A model generated the notes under the pieces. It saw nothing but the letters and a program-made list of their open reading frames with translations. It had not been told where the DNA came from and did no database searches. This document shows, in pieces, positions 45,983 through 55,098 of a stretch of DNA of 62,946 nt. The stretch's first letter is position 1; each line of letters begins with the position of its first letter. The translations under genes were made by a program, and so were the position numbers. Where the stretch lies: the NCBI GenBank assembly GCA_005878615.1, contig VBLT01000120.1, positions 1 through 62,946 on the forward strand, written 5' to 3'. The stretch is from Methanobacteriota archaeon (GTDB taxonomy: Archaea; Thermoplasmatota; Thermoplasmata; RBG-16-68-12).

Positions 45983-46912
45983 TCAGACGCCCGCGAGGAA
46001 TCGGGCGAGGATCGCTTTCTGCGCATGGAGTCGATTCTCCGCTTGGTCAAAGACGATCGATTGCGGACCATCGATCACGTCGTCCGTGATCTCGAGGCCC
46101 CGATGCGCGGGCAGACAATGCATCACCAGGGCGTCCGGCTTCGCGCGATCGAGGAGCTTCGCGTTCACCTGGTACGGGCGGAACAGTTTTTCGCGCTCCT
46201 CCTTCTCCCGCTCCTGCCCCATCGAAACCCACACGTCGGTATAGACGATGTCGGCCCCGCGGGCAGCGGACATCGGGTCCGACACGACGTCGATGCTGGA
46301 ACCGTTCTGCTTCCCGAGATGGCGCGCCTCTTCGAGCAGGTCCGAATCGGGCTCGTAGTCCGCCGGACATCCGGCGGTCATGTCCATCCCGACGATCGCG
46401 CACCCGAGGAGGAGCGAATTGCAGACGTTGTTGCCATCCCCGACATACGCGAGCTTGAGGCCGGAGAGTTTCCCCTTCCGCTCCTGGATCGTGAAGAGGT
46501 CGGAGATGATCTGGCAAGGGTGCTCTCGATCATCCAGGCCGTTGATGACCGGGACCGTCGCGTGGTTCGCGAGTTCTCGGACGTGCTCATTTTTGAAGGC
46601 GCGGTACATGATGCCGTCGACGTAGCGGCTCAAGACCCGCGCGGTGTCCGCGATCGTCTCGCCGCGGCCGATTTGCATGTCGTTCGGGCTGAGGAACAGC
46701 GCGTGGCCTCCGAGCTGGGTCATGCCGACCTCGAACGACACGCGGGTCCGGGTGGAGGCCTTCTCGAAGATCATCGCCAGGCTTCGGCCTCGCAGCGGCT
46801 CGTATGGCTCGCCCGCCTTGGTCCGGTTCTTGATGCTGCCGGCCAGTTCGAGGAGGCCGACCAGGTCCTCCCGCACGTCGCGCATCGAGAGGAGGTCTCG
46901 TTTGCCCGCCAT
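45983..46912 (-). CDS. argF: ornithine carbamoyltransferase
   Basis: STRTRVSFE, HPCQ, DVWVSMG, HCLPAHRG motifs. Confidence 0.9.
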   Translation of the reverse strand: MAGKRDLLSMRDVREDLVGLLELAGSIKNRTKAGEPYEPLRGRSLAMIFEKASTRTRVSFEVGMTQLGGHALFLSPNDMQIGRGETIADTARVLSRYVDGIMYRAFKNEHVRELANHATVPVINGLDDREHPCQIISDLFTIQERKGKLSGLKLAYVGDGNNVCNSLLLGCAIVGMDMTAGCPADYEPDSDLLEEARHLGKQNGSSIDVVSDPMSAARGADIVYTDVWVSMGQEREKEEREKLFRPYQVNAKLLDRAKPDALVMHCLPAHRGLEITDDVIDGPQSIVFDQAENRLHAQKAILARFLAGV

Positions 46913-47009
46913 CGGAATGGGCCCATCCGGCGGAGCGTACTAAATGCTTGTGCACCCGAGTGCGTTCCTCGGCGGAGCCATCAAATAACGACGGGCCGGA
47001 TGCCGGTTC

Positions 47010-47273
47010 GTGGAACCGCCAAATCGGACGGCACCGTCCGAACGCCGTCGCGCAGCCGAGGCGGCTCTTCGCCGACGTCGCGGGTTGAGCGTCTCGATTG
47101 GCGCCATCGGCCTCGTCATCCTCTTCGCCGGAGCGATTGCAAGCCTCCTCTTTCCTCCCGCTTCGTATCTGCCGTTCATCGTCCTCGAGCTCGCTGGCGT
47201 CGCATTGATCGTCGTCTCGTTTGTCCGGCTGCGGCGGTTCGGATTGCCCCTGGCTCGACCGCCCGCAAAGTGA
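47010..47273 (+). CDS. possible small two-TM membrane protein
   Basis: 87-aa ORF with hydrophobic segments IGAIGLVILFAGAIASLLF and IVLELAGVALIVVSFV. Start uncertain. Confidence 0.35.
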   Translation: MEPPNRTAPSERRRAAEAALRRRRGLSVSIGAIGLVILFAGAIASLLFPPASYLPFIVLELAGVALIVVSFVRLRRFGLPLARPPAK

Positions 47274-47310
47274 ACGATCGGATTCCGCCGACGCGATCCC
47301 GTCGCCAAAA

Positions 47311-47319
47311 CCTATATCC
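47311..47319 (+). promoter_or_regulatory. TATA-like box CCTATATCC upstream of tRNA-His
   Basis: Preceded by an A-rich BRE-like CCAAAA. It lies ~25-30 nt before the tRNA 5' end. Confidence 0.35.
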
Positions 47320-47342
47320 TCCCCACCTCTACCGCGAACCGC

Positions 47343-47418
47343 GGCCGGGATGGGCTAGCTTGGTTGATGCTAGGGGACTGTGGATCCCTTGACGCGAGTT
47401 CAAATCTCGCTCCCGGCC
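47343..47418 (+). tRNA. tRNA-His (anticodon GTG) with genomically encoded G-1
   Basis: Hand-folded. Acceptor GCCGGGA/TCCCGGC with an extra 5' G opposite discriminator C. D-loop has A14, G18-G19 and A21. Anticodon stem GGGGA/TCCCT, loop CTGTGGA. T-arm GCGAG-TTCAAAT-CTCGC. No encoded CCA. Confidence 0.9.
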
Positions 47419-47564
47419 CTTCCGCAAAGGCCGTGGGGCCGCGCATCGCCCACCGAGGCATCCGGCGACGCATCTTCTTATATTGGCTGTCGGATGGGCA
47501 GGTCGCTGCTTCGCGGCGATGAAGAAGCCGCGCGGGAGCCCGGGTCCCCAGGAGCGGGGCTGCG

Positions 47565-50500
47565 ATGATCAAGCAGGCGGAGAAGACGTACGCTCCCCTA
47601 GAGGTGGAGCGCCAGGTCCAGGAATTTTGGAACCGCGCGAAGGTCTACGCGAAGACCGTCGCGGCGCGTTCGAAGGGGGAAGACTTCTACTTCGGCGACG
47701 GCCCGCCCTATACGACCGGGTCAATCCACCTGGGCAATGTCCTGAACAAGTCCCTGAAAGACGCCGTCATCCGCTTTCGCCGGATGCGTGGCTTCCACGT
47801 CCGAGACCAGCCCGGGTACGACATGCATGGCCTCCCGATCGAGGTCCAGGTCGAGAAGACCCTGGGGATCACGAACAAGAAGGAGATCGAGGACTTGGGG
47901 ATCGAGAAATTCGTCTCGACCTGTCGCAAGTTCGCCCTCGATTTGCTGAACAAGATGACGGACCAGTTCCGGGCCCTCGGGATCTGGATGGACTGGGACC
48001 GGCCGTACATGACGATCCGGAACGAATTCATCGAGGCGGCGTGGTGGACCCTCGGCCGCGCGCACGAACGCGGTCTGCTCTACGAGGCCCTCCGCTCGAC
48101 CCAGTGGTGCTCCCGCGACGAAACCGCCCTGGCCGACGCGGAGATCGAGTACTCGGATGAGACGGATCCCTCCATCTACGTCAAGTTCCCGCTCCGGGAC
48201 CGACCCGCCGAATCGCTCCTGATCTGGACGACGACTCCCTGGACCCTCCCAGCGAATCTGGCAATCGCGGTCCACCCGCAGTTCGTCTACTCGAAGGTGA
48301 AGGTGGTCCGCGGAGAGTCCGTGGAATTTCTGTGGACGATGGAGGCGACGGTTCCCGCCGTCATGGCCCGCGGCGGGGTGACCGCCTACGAGGTCACCGA
48401 GACGACGACCGGCGACAAGCTGGTCGGCCTGGCCTATGCGCACCCCCTCGCGGACAAGGTCCCCTATCAGGCGACCGCGACGGGGGAATGGGTCCATCGC
48501 GTGGTCTCCTCGACCACCGTCGAGGCGGAGCACACGGGCCTCGTCCACAGCGCACCGGGTCACGGTCCGGAAGATTTCGAACTCGGGCAGACCCTCGGGT
48601 TGCCGGTCTTCAGTCCGGTCGACGGACGGGGCCATTTCACGAAGGAGGCGGGCGTGTACGCCGACAAGCCGGTCAAAGAGGCGGACGCGGTGATCATCGA
48701 GGACCTCCGCGCCGCGAACGCTCTCTTCGCCGCGGAGACGCTGGTCCATGCCTACGGTCACTGCTGGCGCTGCAAGACGCCGATCCTCTACCGCGCGACG
48801 GTCCAGTGGTTCCTGCGGGTCACGCCGATCAAAGCGAAAATGGTCGACGAGGTTCGCCGGGTCGCGTGGTATCCAGAATGGGCGGGCGCGGCCCGTCAGA
48901 TGGACTGGACCCAGAACCTGCGGGATTGGTGCCTCTCCCGCCAGCGGTACTGGGGCATCCCGCTCCCGATCTGGCGGTGCACGAAGTGCGGCCACTGGAT
49001 CGTCGTGGGCTCCTCGGACGCGTTGCGGAAGGCGCAGGGATACGCGGACGGCATGGACCTCCACCGGCCGGGGATCGACCAGGTCGTCCTGCCGTGTCCG
49101 AAGTGCCGCGAGGAGATGCGGCGGGTCCCCGACATCCTCGACGTGTGGTGGGACAGCGGAGTGGCCAGTTGGGCGAGCCTCGGATATCCCGCGCGGGACG
49201 ACGAGTTCCGCCGGTGGTGGCCGGAGGACTGGATCGTCGAAGGTCCCGACCAGACCCGGGGTTGGTTCAACTCGCAGCTCGCCGCCGGCGTGGTCGCCTT
49301 CGACCGAGCGCCGTACGACAGCGTCCTCATGCACGGGTGGGTGAACGGGCCCGACGGCCGGCAGATGCACAAATCCCTCGGCAACATCATCGAGCCGGAG
49401 ACGGTCGTCCGCAAGTTCGGCGTCGACGCGCTCCGCTTCTACATGCTCTCCGTCAACGCACCGTGGGACGACATCACCTTTCAGGAAGACGGGGTTCGCA
49501 ACGCCAACCGCACCCTGAACATCCTGTGGAACGTCCTGCGCTTTGCGACGACCTACATGGTCCTCGATCGATTCGATCCGACGGCGCCGGACTTCGCCTC
49601 GATCTCTGGCCATCTGCGACCCGAGGATCGGTGGCTCCTCTCCCGGCTCGAAGGCCTCAAGGCGACCGTGAATGCGGAGTTTGCGACGTACAATCTGCAT
49701 CGGGCCTTTCGGGCGGTCGAGTCCTTCATCCTCGATGACCTCTCGCGCTGGTATGTGAAACTCGTCCGGGGCCGGACCTGGACGGAAGCCGAGGATCGCG
49801 ACAAGCTCGCGGCGTACCATGTGTTGTTCGAGGCGTTGCGCACCGTCGCGGTCCTGCTCGCGCCGGTCACGCCGTTCGTCGCCGAAGCGATCTATCAGCG
49901 ACTGGATGGGAAGAAGCTCAGCGTGCACATGCTCGATTGGCCCTCCGCCCAGGAGGAGCGACTCCAGCCGGACCTCGAGCGGTCCATGTCGATCGTCCAG
50001 GAACTCGTCGAGATCGTCTCGAAGGAGCGGCAGAAGGGAGGGCGCAAGCTCCGGTGGCCGTTGAAGCTGATCGCGGTCCAGGCGCCGACGCCGGAGGCGG
50101 CCAAGGCCCTCGAGACGTTGCGGGGCATCTTCCTCGAACAGGCGAACGCGAAAGCGCTTGCGGTCCTCAAAGCGAACGAGGAATTCCCTGGGATGGCCCT
50201 CGTGGTGAAGCCGGACGGAGCGGCGATCGGGAAGGCCTATCGGGTCCTCCAGCCGAAGATCGTGAAGCTCCTCGAGGGTCGCCCGCCCGAGGAAATCAAG
50301 AAGGCGCTCGACAAGGGCCGACTCGAAGTCGGCGTCGAAGGCCAGGTCGTCGCGATCGACCCGTCGATGGTCCGATTTGAGAAGGCGATGCCTTCCGAGG
50401 TCGTCCGGGTGCCCACGCCGTACGGCGAGCTCTACCTCGACCTGCGCGTGACGCCGGAGCTCCGTGCCGAGGCCTACGCGCGCGAGTTGATCCGCCGGAT

Positions 50501-51719
50501 CCAACAGATGCGGAAAGAGATCGATCTGGACGTAGATGACTTCCTGATCACGGTCATCAAGACGAACAAGGAATTGGCGGCGTTGATCGGGGGACAGAGG
50601 GATTTCATTGGTCGGGAGACCCGCTCGCGTCGGATCACGTTCACGGACGGAGCGGTCGAGGCCGAGTACGTCGTGGAATGGAACGACGTCGACGGACATT
50701 CGGTGACGATCGGCGTCACACCGCTCCACATGTCCGAGGCCCTCCGCGACTTCACGAAGATCCCGGGCATCACGGTCGCGAAGGCGATGGGCCTGTTCGA
50801 TGCGGGCTACAAGAGCCTCGCGGCGTTGCGCGCGGCGACGAAACAAGAGCTCGCGCAGATCGAGGGCCTCCAAGTCGCGGATGCGGTTCGGATCTTGGAC
50901 GCGCTCGCGGCGAAGAGGGACACATCGATCCCATGCCCCACGTGCGGGGCGGCCATCGCCCCATCGACCCGCCGATGCGCGCGGTGCGGCGAACCCGTCG
51001 CAACGAAGGGGACCCCTTGCCCCAGGTGTCGCGCGGAGATCCCTCCGGGCGCGGACAACTGCCCGGTCTGCGGCTTCGTCTTGTCCACGTCGGCGACGGC
51101 CCCGCCGTCGCGCGTCGCATGCATCGCCTGCGGCGAGCTCATTCCCGCGGGCTCGACCGAGTGCCCGTCCTGTGGCGCTCCCCAAACCCGGGCCCCCGCG
51201 TCGAATCGTGCGGCCTCGGAGGACGACGCTCCGCCCCTCTTGAAAGATTCCTCCTCCTATCTCGTCGAGGAATCGGTCCCGGACGGGGCCTATCGGCTCT
51301 TCGAGATCGCCCAGAGGGCGGGGAAAGGCGGGATGGTCATCACGCGGACGTTCCCGCAGAAAGTCCGGGAGCGACTGAGCGGTCCCCCCTTCCCGATCCT
51401 GTGGCTCAGCAATGTCGGGAAGGAAGACACCGTCCGACCGAAAGACCTGGAGAAACTGTCCCTCGCCGTCGAGCAGTTCCTCGCTCGGGAGAAGGGCGTC
51501 ATCCTCCTCGACGCGATTGAATACCTGGTGACGAACAACAATTTCATCACGGTCCTGCGGCTCGTGCAATCGATCCGCGACCAGGTCGCGATCAACAGTG
51601 GGGTGTTCCTCCTCTCCGTGAACCCGTCGGCCCTCGATCCGCACCAGCTGACCTTGCTCGAGAAGGAGGTCGACCGGGTCATCCCCGGGTCGTCCGGCGC
51701 GCGGACCGCGTCGGGCTAG
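47565..51719 (+). CDS. ileS: isoleucyl-tRNA synthetase fused in frame to a C-terminal HhH + 3x zinc-ribbon + DUF835-like module (1384 aa)
   Basis: Class I motifs PPYTTGSIHLGN (HIGH-type) and KMHKSLGN (KMSKS-type). CP1 editing region. The ORF runs uninterrupted past the usual end at ~aa 1054. Confidence 0.9.
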   Translation: MIKQAEKTYAPLEVERQVQEFWNRAKVYAKTVAARSKGEDFYFGDGPPYTTGSIHLGNVLNKSLKDAVIRFRRMRGFHVRDQPGYDMHGLPIEVQVEKTLGITNKKEIEDLGIEKFVSTCRKFALDLLNKMTDQFRALGIWMDWDRPYMTIRNEFIEAAWWTLGRAHERGLLYEALRSTQWCSRDETALADAEIEYSDETDPSIYVKFPLRDRPAESLLIWTTTPWTLPANLAIAVHPQFVYSKVKVVRGESVEFLWTMEATVPAVMARGGVTAYEVTETTTGDKLVGLAYAHPLADKVPYQATATGEWVHRVVSSTTVEAEHTGLVHSAPGHGPEDFELGQTLGLPVFSPVDGRGHFTKEAGVYADKPVKEADAVIIEDLRAANALFAAETLVHAYGHCWRCKTPILYRATVQWFLRVTPIKAKMVDEVRRVAWYPEWAGAARQMDWTQNLRDWCLSRQRYWGIPLPIWRCTKCGHWIVVGSSDALRKAQGYADGMDLHRPGIDQVVLPCPKCREEMRRVPDILDVWWDSGVASWASLGYPARDDEFRRWWPEDWIVEGPDQTRGWFNSQLAAGVVAFDRAPYDSVLMHGWVNGPDGRQMHKSLGNIIEPETVVRKFGVDALRFYMLSVNAPWDDITFQEDGVRNANRTLNILWNVLRFATTYMVLDRFDPTAPDFASISGHLRPEDRWLLSRLEGLKATVNAEFATYNLHRAFRAVESFILDDLSRWYVKLVRGRTWTEAEDRDKLAAYHVLFEALRTVAVLLAPVTPFVAEAIYQRLDGKKLSVHMLDWPSAQEERLQPDLERSMSIVQELVEIVSKERQKGGRKLRWPLKLIAVQAPTPEAAKALETLRGIFLEQANAKALAVLKANEEFPGMALVVKPDGAAIGKAYRVLQPKIVKLLEGRPPEEIKKALDKGRLEVGVEGQVVAIDPSMVRFEKAMPSEVVRVPTPYGELYLDLRVTPELRAEAYARELIRRIQQMRKEIDLDVDDFLITVIKTNKELAALIGGQRDFIGRETRSRRITFTDGAVEAEYVVEWNDVDGHSVTIGVTPLHMSEALRDFTKIPGITVAKAMGLFDAGYKSLAALRAATKQELAQIEGLQVADAVRILDALAAKRDTSIPCPTCGAAIAPSTRRCARCGEPVATKGTPCPRCRAEIPPGADNCPVCGFVLSTSATAPPSRVACIACGELIPAGSTECPSCGAPQTRAPASNRAASEDDAPPLLKDSSSYLVEESVPDGAYRLFEIAQRAGKGGMVITRTFPQKVRERLSGPPFPILWLSNVGKEDTVRPKDLEKLSLAVEQFLAREKGVILLDAIEYLVTNNNFITVLRLVQSIRDQVAINSGVFLLSVNPSALDPHQLTLLEKEVDRVIPGSSGARTASG

Positions 51720-52513
51720 GATTCCCGGTCCTTGCGGAGCACCGCCGCGACGACTTCGGGAAGTCGCGGGACCGTTTCGTAGCGACTGATCTCCTCCGGC
51801 CGAATCCAGCGGTACTCGACGTTCTCCCAATCGAGGCGCACGCGGCGGCTCGGTGCGTCGAAGAGGAGGGGGTGGACGACGAACATCGTGGCGCCGTCGC
51901 GGGCAAGGATTGGGGCCGCGTTCGCACGAAACCGGATCCCTCGAAGACCGGTCTCCTCTCGCACCTCTCGGATCGCGCGGGATTTCGGATCCTCGCGGCC
52001 TTCCATGTACCCCGAGATGGCCGACCACTGACCTCGGAACGTGCCGACCGCTGCACTTCGCCGCACGAGGAGGATCCGGCCGCGGTTGCGCAGGACGACC
52101 GAGACGACGGATCGTCCGCGGACGCCCGCGAGCTCGACGGTCCCACGGTCCCCGTCGATGCGGACCGTGTCGTCGTTCTCCAGGCCACCCACGTCGATCC
52201 CATCGACCATGGGAATCCCGGCGAGGATCGCGCCGACCGCGACGATTCCCTCGGCCGCGGAGTTGACAATGCCCGCCGGGCCGACGCCCCTTTTTGCGAG
52301 GCCGTAGATCACGTAGGAGCCGACCGTGCTCCCCTTGCCGTGCGGGAATGCGAAGATCCGCCCGCCGAGGCGTTCGTTCGCGGCGCCCGTCGCGGCGTCG
52401 AGGACGGCGCCCGTGGCCGGATCCGCGCCGCCGACGAACGAGAAAGGGACGCGAATCACCAACGCGGTCCCTTCCGTCCGGCCCGGTGCAATCCCGCGTC
52501 CGCGGAGCTTCAT
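51716..52513 (-). CDS. AcnX swivel (DUF126) small subunit fused to a Nudix hydrolase domain (265 aa)
   Basis: The N-terminal half FAFPHGKGSTVGSYVIYGLAKRGVGPAGIVN...AVGAILAGIPMVD is DUF126. The C-terminal half carries the Nudix box GYMEGREDPKSRAIREVREETGL. ATGA overlap with the large subunit. Confidence 0.8.
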   Translation of the reverse strand: MKLRGRGIAPGRTEGTALVIRVPFSFVGGADPATGAVLDAATGAANERLGGRIFAFPHGKGSTVGSYVIYGLAKRGVGPAGIVNSAAEGIVAVGAILAGIPMVDGIDVGGLENDDTVRIDGDRGTVELAGVRGRSVVSVVLRNRGRILLVRRSAAVGTFRGQWSAISGYMEGREDPKSRAIREVREETGLRGIRFRANAAPILARDGATMFVVHPLLFDAPSRRVRLDWENVEYRWIRPEEISRYETVPRLPEVVAAVLRKDRES

Positions 52514-53574
52514 CCGTACCGCTCCAAGAGGGCATCGAGCTCGTCGAGGATGACCTTCTGTTTGCACAAGGTCGGCAGGTAGTACGCGGCCTTTCCCGAA
52601 GGCGTCGCGACCGTCCCGAATTGATGCTCGAGCAGTGTGACCTCGAGGCACGTATCCGCGAGGACGCGGCCACCGTGGCTCTCGATCGCCGCGACCGGCT
52701 CCGGGTTCTCGTCCCGGACGGCGCGACTCGTGAAGACCCAGACCGGGATCCGGGGAGGCTTCCGTCGCACGCGGTCCGCGACGCCCCACAGTTCCTGCCC
52801 AGAGAGTTGGGGCGAGCCGAGCGCGATCACGTCCGGCTTCGTCCCGTCCGTGAAGGACCTCTGGGCCTCGACCAGATCGCGCCGGGAGATCGTGATGGAG
52901 GGCAGGCCTGCGGTGCGGGCCCGCCGCGCCTCGGGGGTGACGTCTTCGAGGTGGAACATGGCACAGGCGCCCGTCGAGGCGAGCGACGCCCCGAGCCATT
53001 TCAGGTCCTCCTCGGACCCGTGGAATCCGCGGAAGAACGGGAGGCCATCGCCCACGCGCTGGCCCGCAACCAGACCGATGAGGGAGAAGTCGAGGCCGTG
53101 TGGTTTGGTGGTCACGTTCACGCGGACGGTCGGCCGTCGGCCTTCGTCCTTGTGGAGGCCGTGGTCTGGCGTCGCGCCGACGATCGCGGCGGCCAGGGCC
53201 GAAGGGCCTCCCTCGCGGTTCGTCCGTGCCCCGAGGACGGAGTTGGCGAAGCACACGGCGTTCGATTCGGCCCAGGCGACGTGCTCTCCGAACGCGGGCC
53301 GCGCTCCAACGAGGTACGGCGTGCATGTGAAACTCGGACGGACGCCCATCGATCCGTAGGCGCGGGCTCGGGCGTCGCGCGCGAAGTCCTCGAGGAACTC
53401 GAGGCCCGGATCGCCAATCATCTTGTACGAGGCGCCCGACACGTGCGCCGAAGTGACGGGGACGAGACGCTCCGCCTCCGAGAGATGGGAGAGGGCGAGC
53501 AGGATCTGCATCGCCTTGCGCTGCGCCGGCGTGCCGTCGTCCCGCAAGCGGCGCTGCTCGCGGGTGAGCCGCAT
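52510..53574 (-). CDS. AcnX (DUF521) aconitase-X catalytic large subunit
   Basis: VTSAHVSGASYKMIG..., CTPYL..., WAESNAVCFANSVLGARTNREGG. Confidence 0.8.
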   Translation of the reverse strand: MRLTREQRRLRDDGTPAQRKAMQILLALSHLSEAERLVPVTSAHVSGASYKMIGDPGLEFLEDFARDARARAYGSMGVRPSFTCTPYLVGARPAFGEHVAWAESNAVCFANSVLGARTNREGGPSALAAAIVGATPDHGLHKDEGRRPTVRVNVTTKPHGLDFSLIGLVAGQRVGDGLPFFRGFHGSEEDLKWLGASLASTGACAMFHLEDVTPEARRARTAGLPSITISRRDLVEAQRSFTDGTKPDVIALGSPQLSGQELWGVADRVRRKPPRIPVWVFTSRAVRDENPEPVAAIESHGGRVLADTCLEVTLLEHQFGTVATPSGKAAYYLPTLCKQKVILDELDALLERYG

Positions 53575-54009
53575 TCACGCCGCCCCGGCCAGGATGGACT
53601 TGGCGACCCGTCGGGCTGACTCAGGCTTCGCCGGGTAGGCGACCAGTTTCACGCGGACATCGATCGTGTCGGAGTCCGTCGCGAGGGACCACCGTTCCTC
53701 GAAGGCCGCCTGCTTGTCGAGCCGAAAATGCAGGATGCCCTCCTCGTCCACGCGCGCGTCCGCCTCGGTCGCGAGGGCCTCGAGCAGGCCGGCGGCGGTC
53801 CACCGCTCCCAAGCCGTTCGGATCGACGGATTTTCCTCGAGCCGCCTGGTGAGCCGGACGAGCTCGTTCCCGAAGTGCCCCTGGAGCACCTCGCGGGCGG
53901 GGGTTCCTCCGGGCACCGCGAAGTCCAAAGCCCTTCCCACCCGGCCTTCGTCCTCCGTGGCATGGCGGTACGTCCGCGCTTCGATCCACCGAATCGGTAG
54001 CTTAGCCAT
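53575..54009 (-). CDS. UPF0201-type RNA-binding protein (predicted exosome-associated)
   Basis: IEARTYRHATEDEGRVGRAL matches the xTED motif of the family. 144 aa. Abuts the acnX large subunit start. Confidence 0.6.
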   Translation of the reverse strand: MAKLPIRWIEARTYRHATEDEGRVGRALDFAVPGGTPAREVLQGHFGNELVRLTRRLEENPSIRTAWERWTAAGLLEALATEADARVDEEGILHFRLDKQAAFEERWSLATDSDTIDVRVKLVAYPAKPESARRVAKSILAGAA

Positions 54010-54538
54010 GGAGCCGCCCCAAGGCCGTCCGCGCTTGGCGTCGGAATTCCTCCAAGGTTCCTTCGTTGACGAGCATCACGTCGGCCGTCGCGATCACGTC
54101 GCCGAGCCCCCAGCTCAACTCCCGTAGATCGCGGGCGCGGAACGCCTCGATCGATCCGGCATCGTCGGTCCGGCGACGCCGCAGCATCCGCTCGTACCGG
54201 GTCCTCGGGGACGCGTGGACGGCGACGACGGACAGGTCATCACCGAACGAGTTCCTGAAAACTTCGAGTTCCGCCCGCCCGCGAAGTCCGTCGACCAACA
54301 CCCGCTCTCCAGAGATGCGGGGGAGGGTCCGTTCCGCCCAGACCCCCATCCCTTGGATCTGTCGCTCGGCGTGGGCCATCCCCCCGACGGTCGTATCGCT
54401 GATTGGGAGTCCGCGACGCAAGGCTTCCTCGCGGACGACGTCGCCCATTCGGACAACCGCGAAGCCCAACGTCTGTGCGACCGCCAGGGCCTCTTCCTTC
54501 CCGCAGCCCGGCATGCCGGTGAGGCAAACGACGCGCAC
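54002..54538 (-). CDS. UPF0200-type P-loop kinase-like protein (dephospho-CoA kinase-like)
   Basis: GTG 54538. VVCLTGMPGCGKEEALAVAQTLGFAVVRMGDVVREEALRRGL. 8-nt overlap with the next gene. Confidence 0.7.
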   Translation of the reverse strand: MRVVCLTGMPGCGKEEALAVAQTLGFAVVRMGDVVREEALRRGLPISDTTVGGMAHAERQIQGMGVWAERTLPRISGERVLVDGLRGRAELEVFRNSFGDDLSVVAVHASPRTRYERMLRRRRTDDAGSIEAFRARDLRELSWGLGDVIATADVMLVNEGTLEEFRRQARTALGRLHG

Positions 54539-54618
54539 GGGAGGCGAGGAATCGGAGAGTTCACTTAAGCGTTTCCCGCGACCTCGGGAGGATTCCGCTT
54601 CACGAGCAGAAGACCGTT

Positions 54619-54966
54619 CTAACTCGCATCGCGGAGGAGACTCAAGACCCAGAGGCCACCGGAGAAACCTGCCGACGCGAGCAGAACCGAGGCGACGAAG
54701 ACCCATTGTCTCCAACCAACCCCGCGTTGGGTGGCGGGGATCAACAGTAGTCCGAAAAGCCCGCAGACCATCGCCACTTCCGCGAAGGAACGGACCGTGC
54801 CGTAGATGAATTGGAGATCGAACAACGGTGAACTGGGAATTGTCTCGAGGATCGCAATCGATCCCGCGGCAGAGGCAATACTTGCCGTCGCGAGTTGGAT
54901 GAGCGAGACGTGGCGGGATGCGAGGTAAGCGAGATCCACCAACCCCGTATCGTTTGACTCCGACAA
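54619..54966 (-). CDS. possible small three-TM membrane protein
   Basis: Only the C-terminal ~115 codons of shadow ORF 54619..56136 are hydrophobic and protein-like. Candidate starts are TTG 54966 and GTG 54939. Confidence 0.3.
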   Translation of the reverse strand: MSESNDTGLVDLAYLASRHVSLIQLATASIASAAGSIAILETIPSSPLFDLQFIYGTVRSFAEVAMVCGLFGLLLIPATQRGVGWRQWVFVASVLLASAGFSGGLWVLSLLRDAS

Positions 54967-55098
54967 AGTGCTACCGTTTATGCCTTCGATAGGCACGGAA
55001 GGAGGCCCGTCCCATTGCAATGCAGTTCTCAGTTGCGGGAGTTCCGCGACCAAACATAGAAATACCCACCGGCTCGTAGGTCGCGAACGAGGCGGACC

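Noticed and set aside
47721-52673. 1650-aa minus-strand ORF antisense to ileS. Similar very long ORFs are 4637..6415, 8388..10766, 23833..25848, 43644..46244, 28360..30132 and 20758..22521.
   Set aside because: They are extremely R/G/P/D/E-rich with no recognisable motifs. Each lies exactly antisense to, or out of frame with, a gene that has strong motif support. These are typical shadow ORFs of GC-rich DNA where stop codons are rare.
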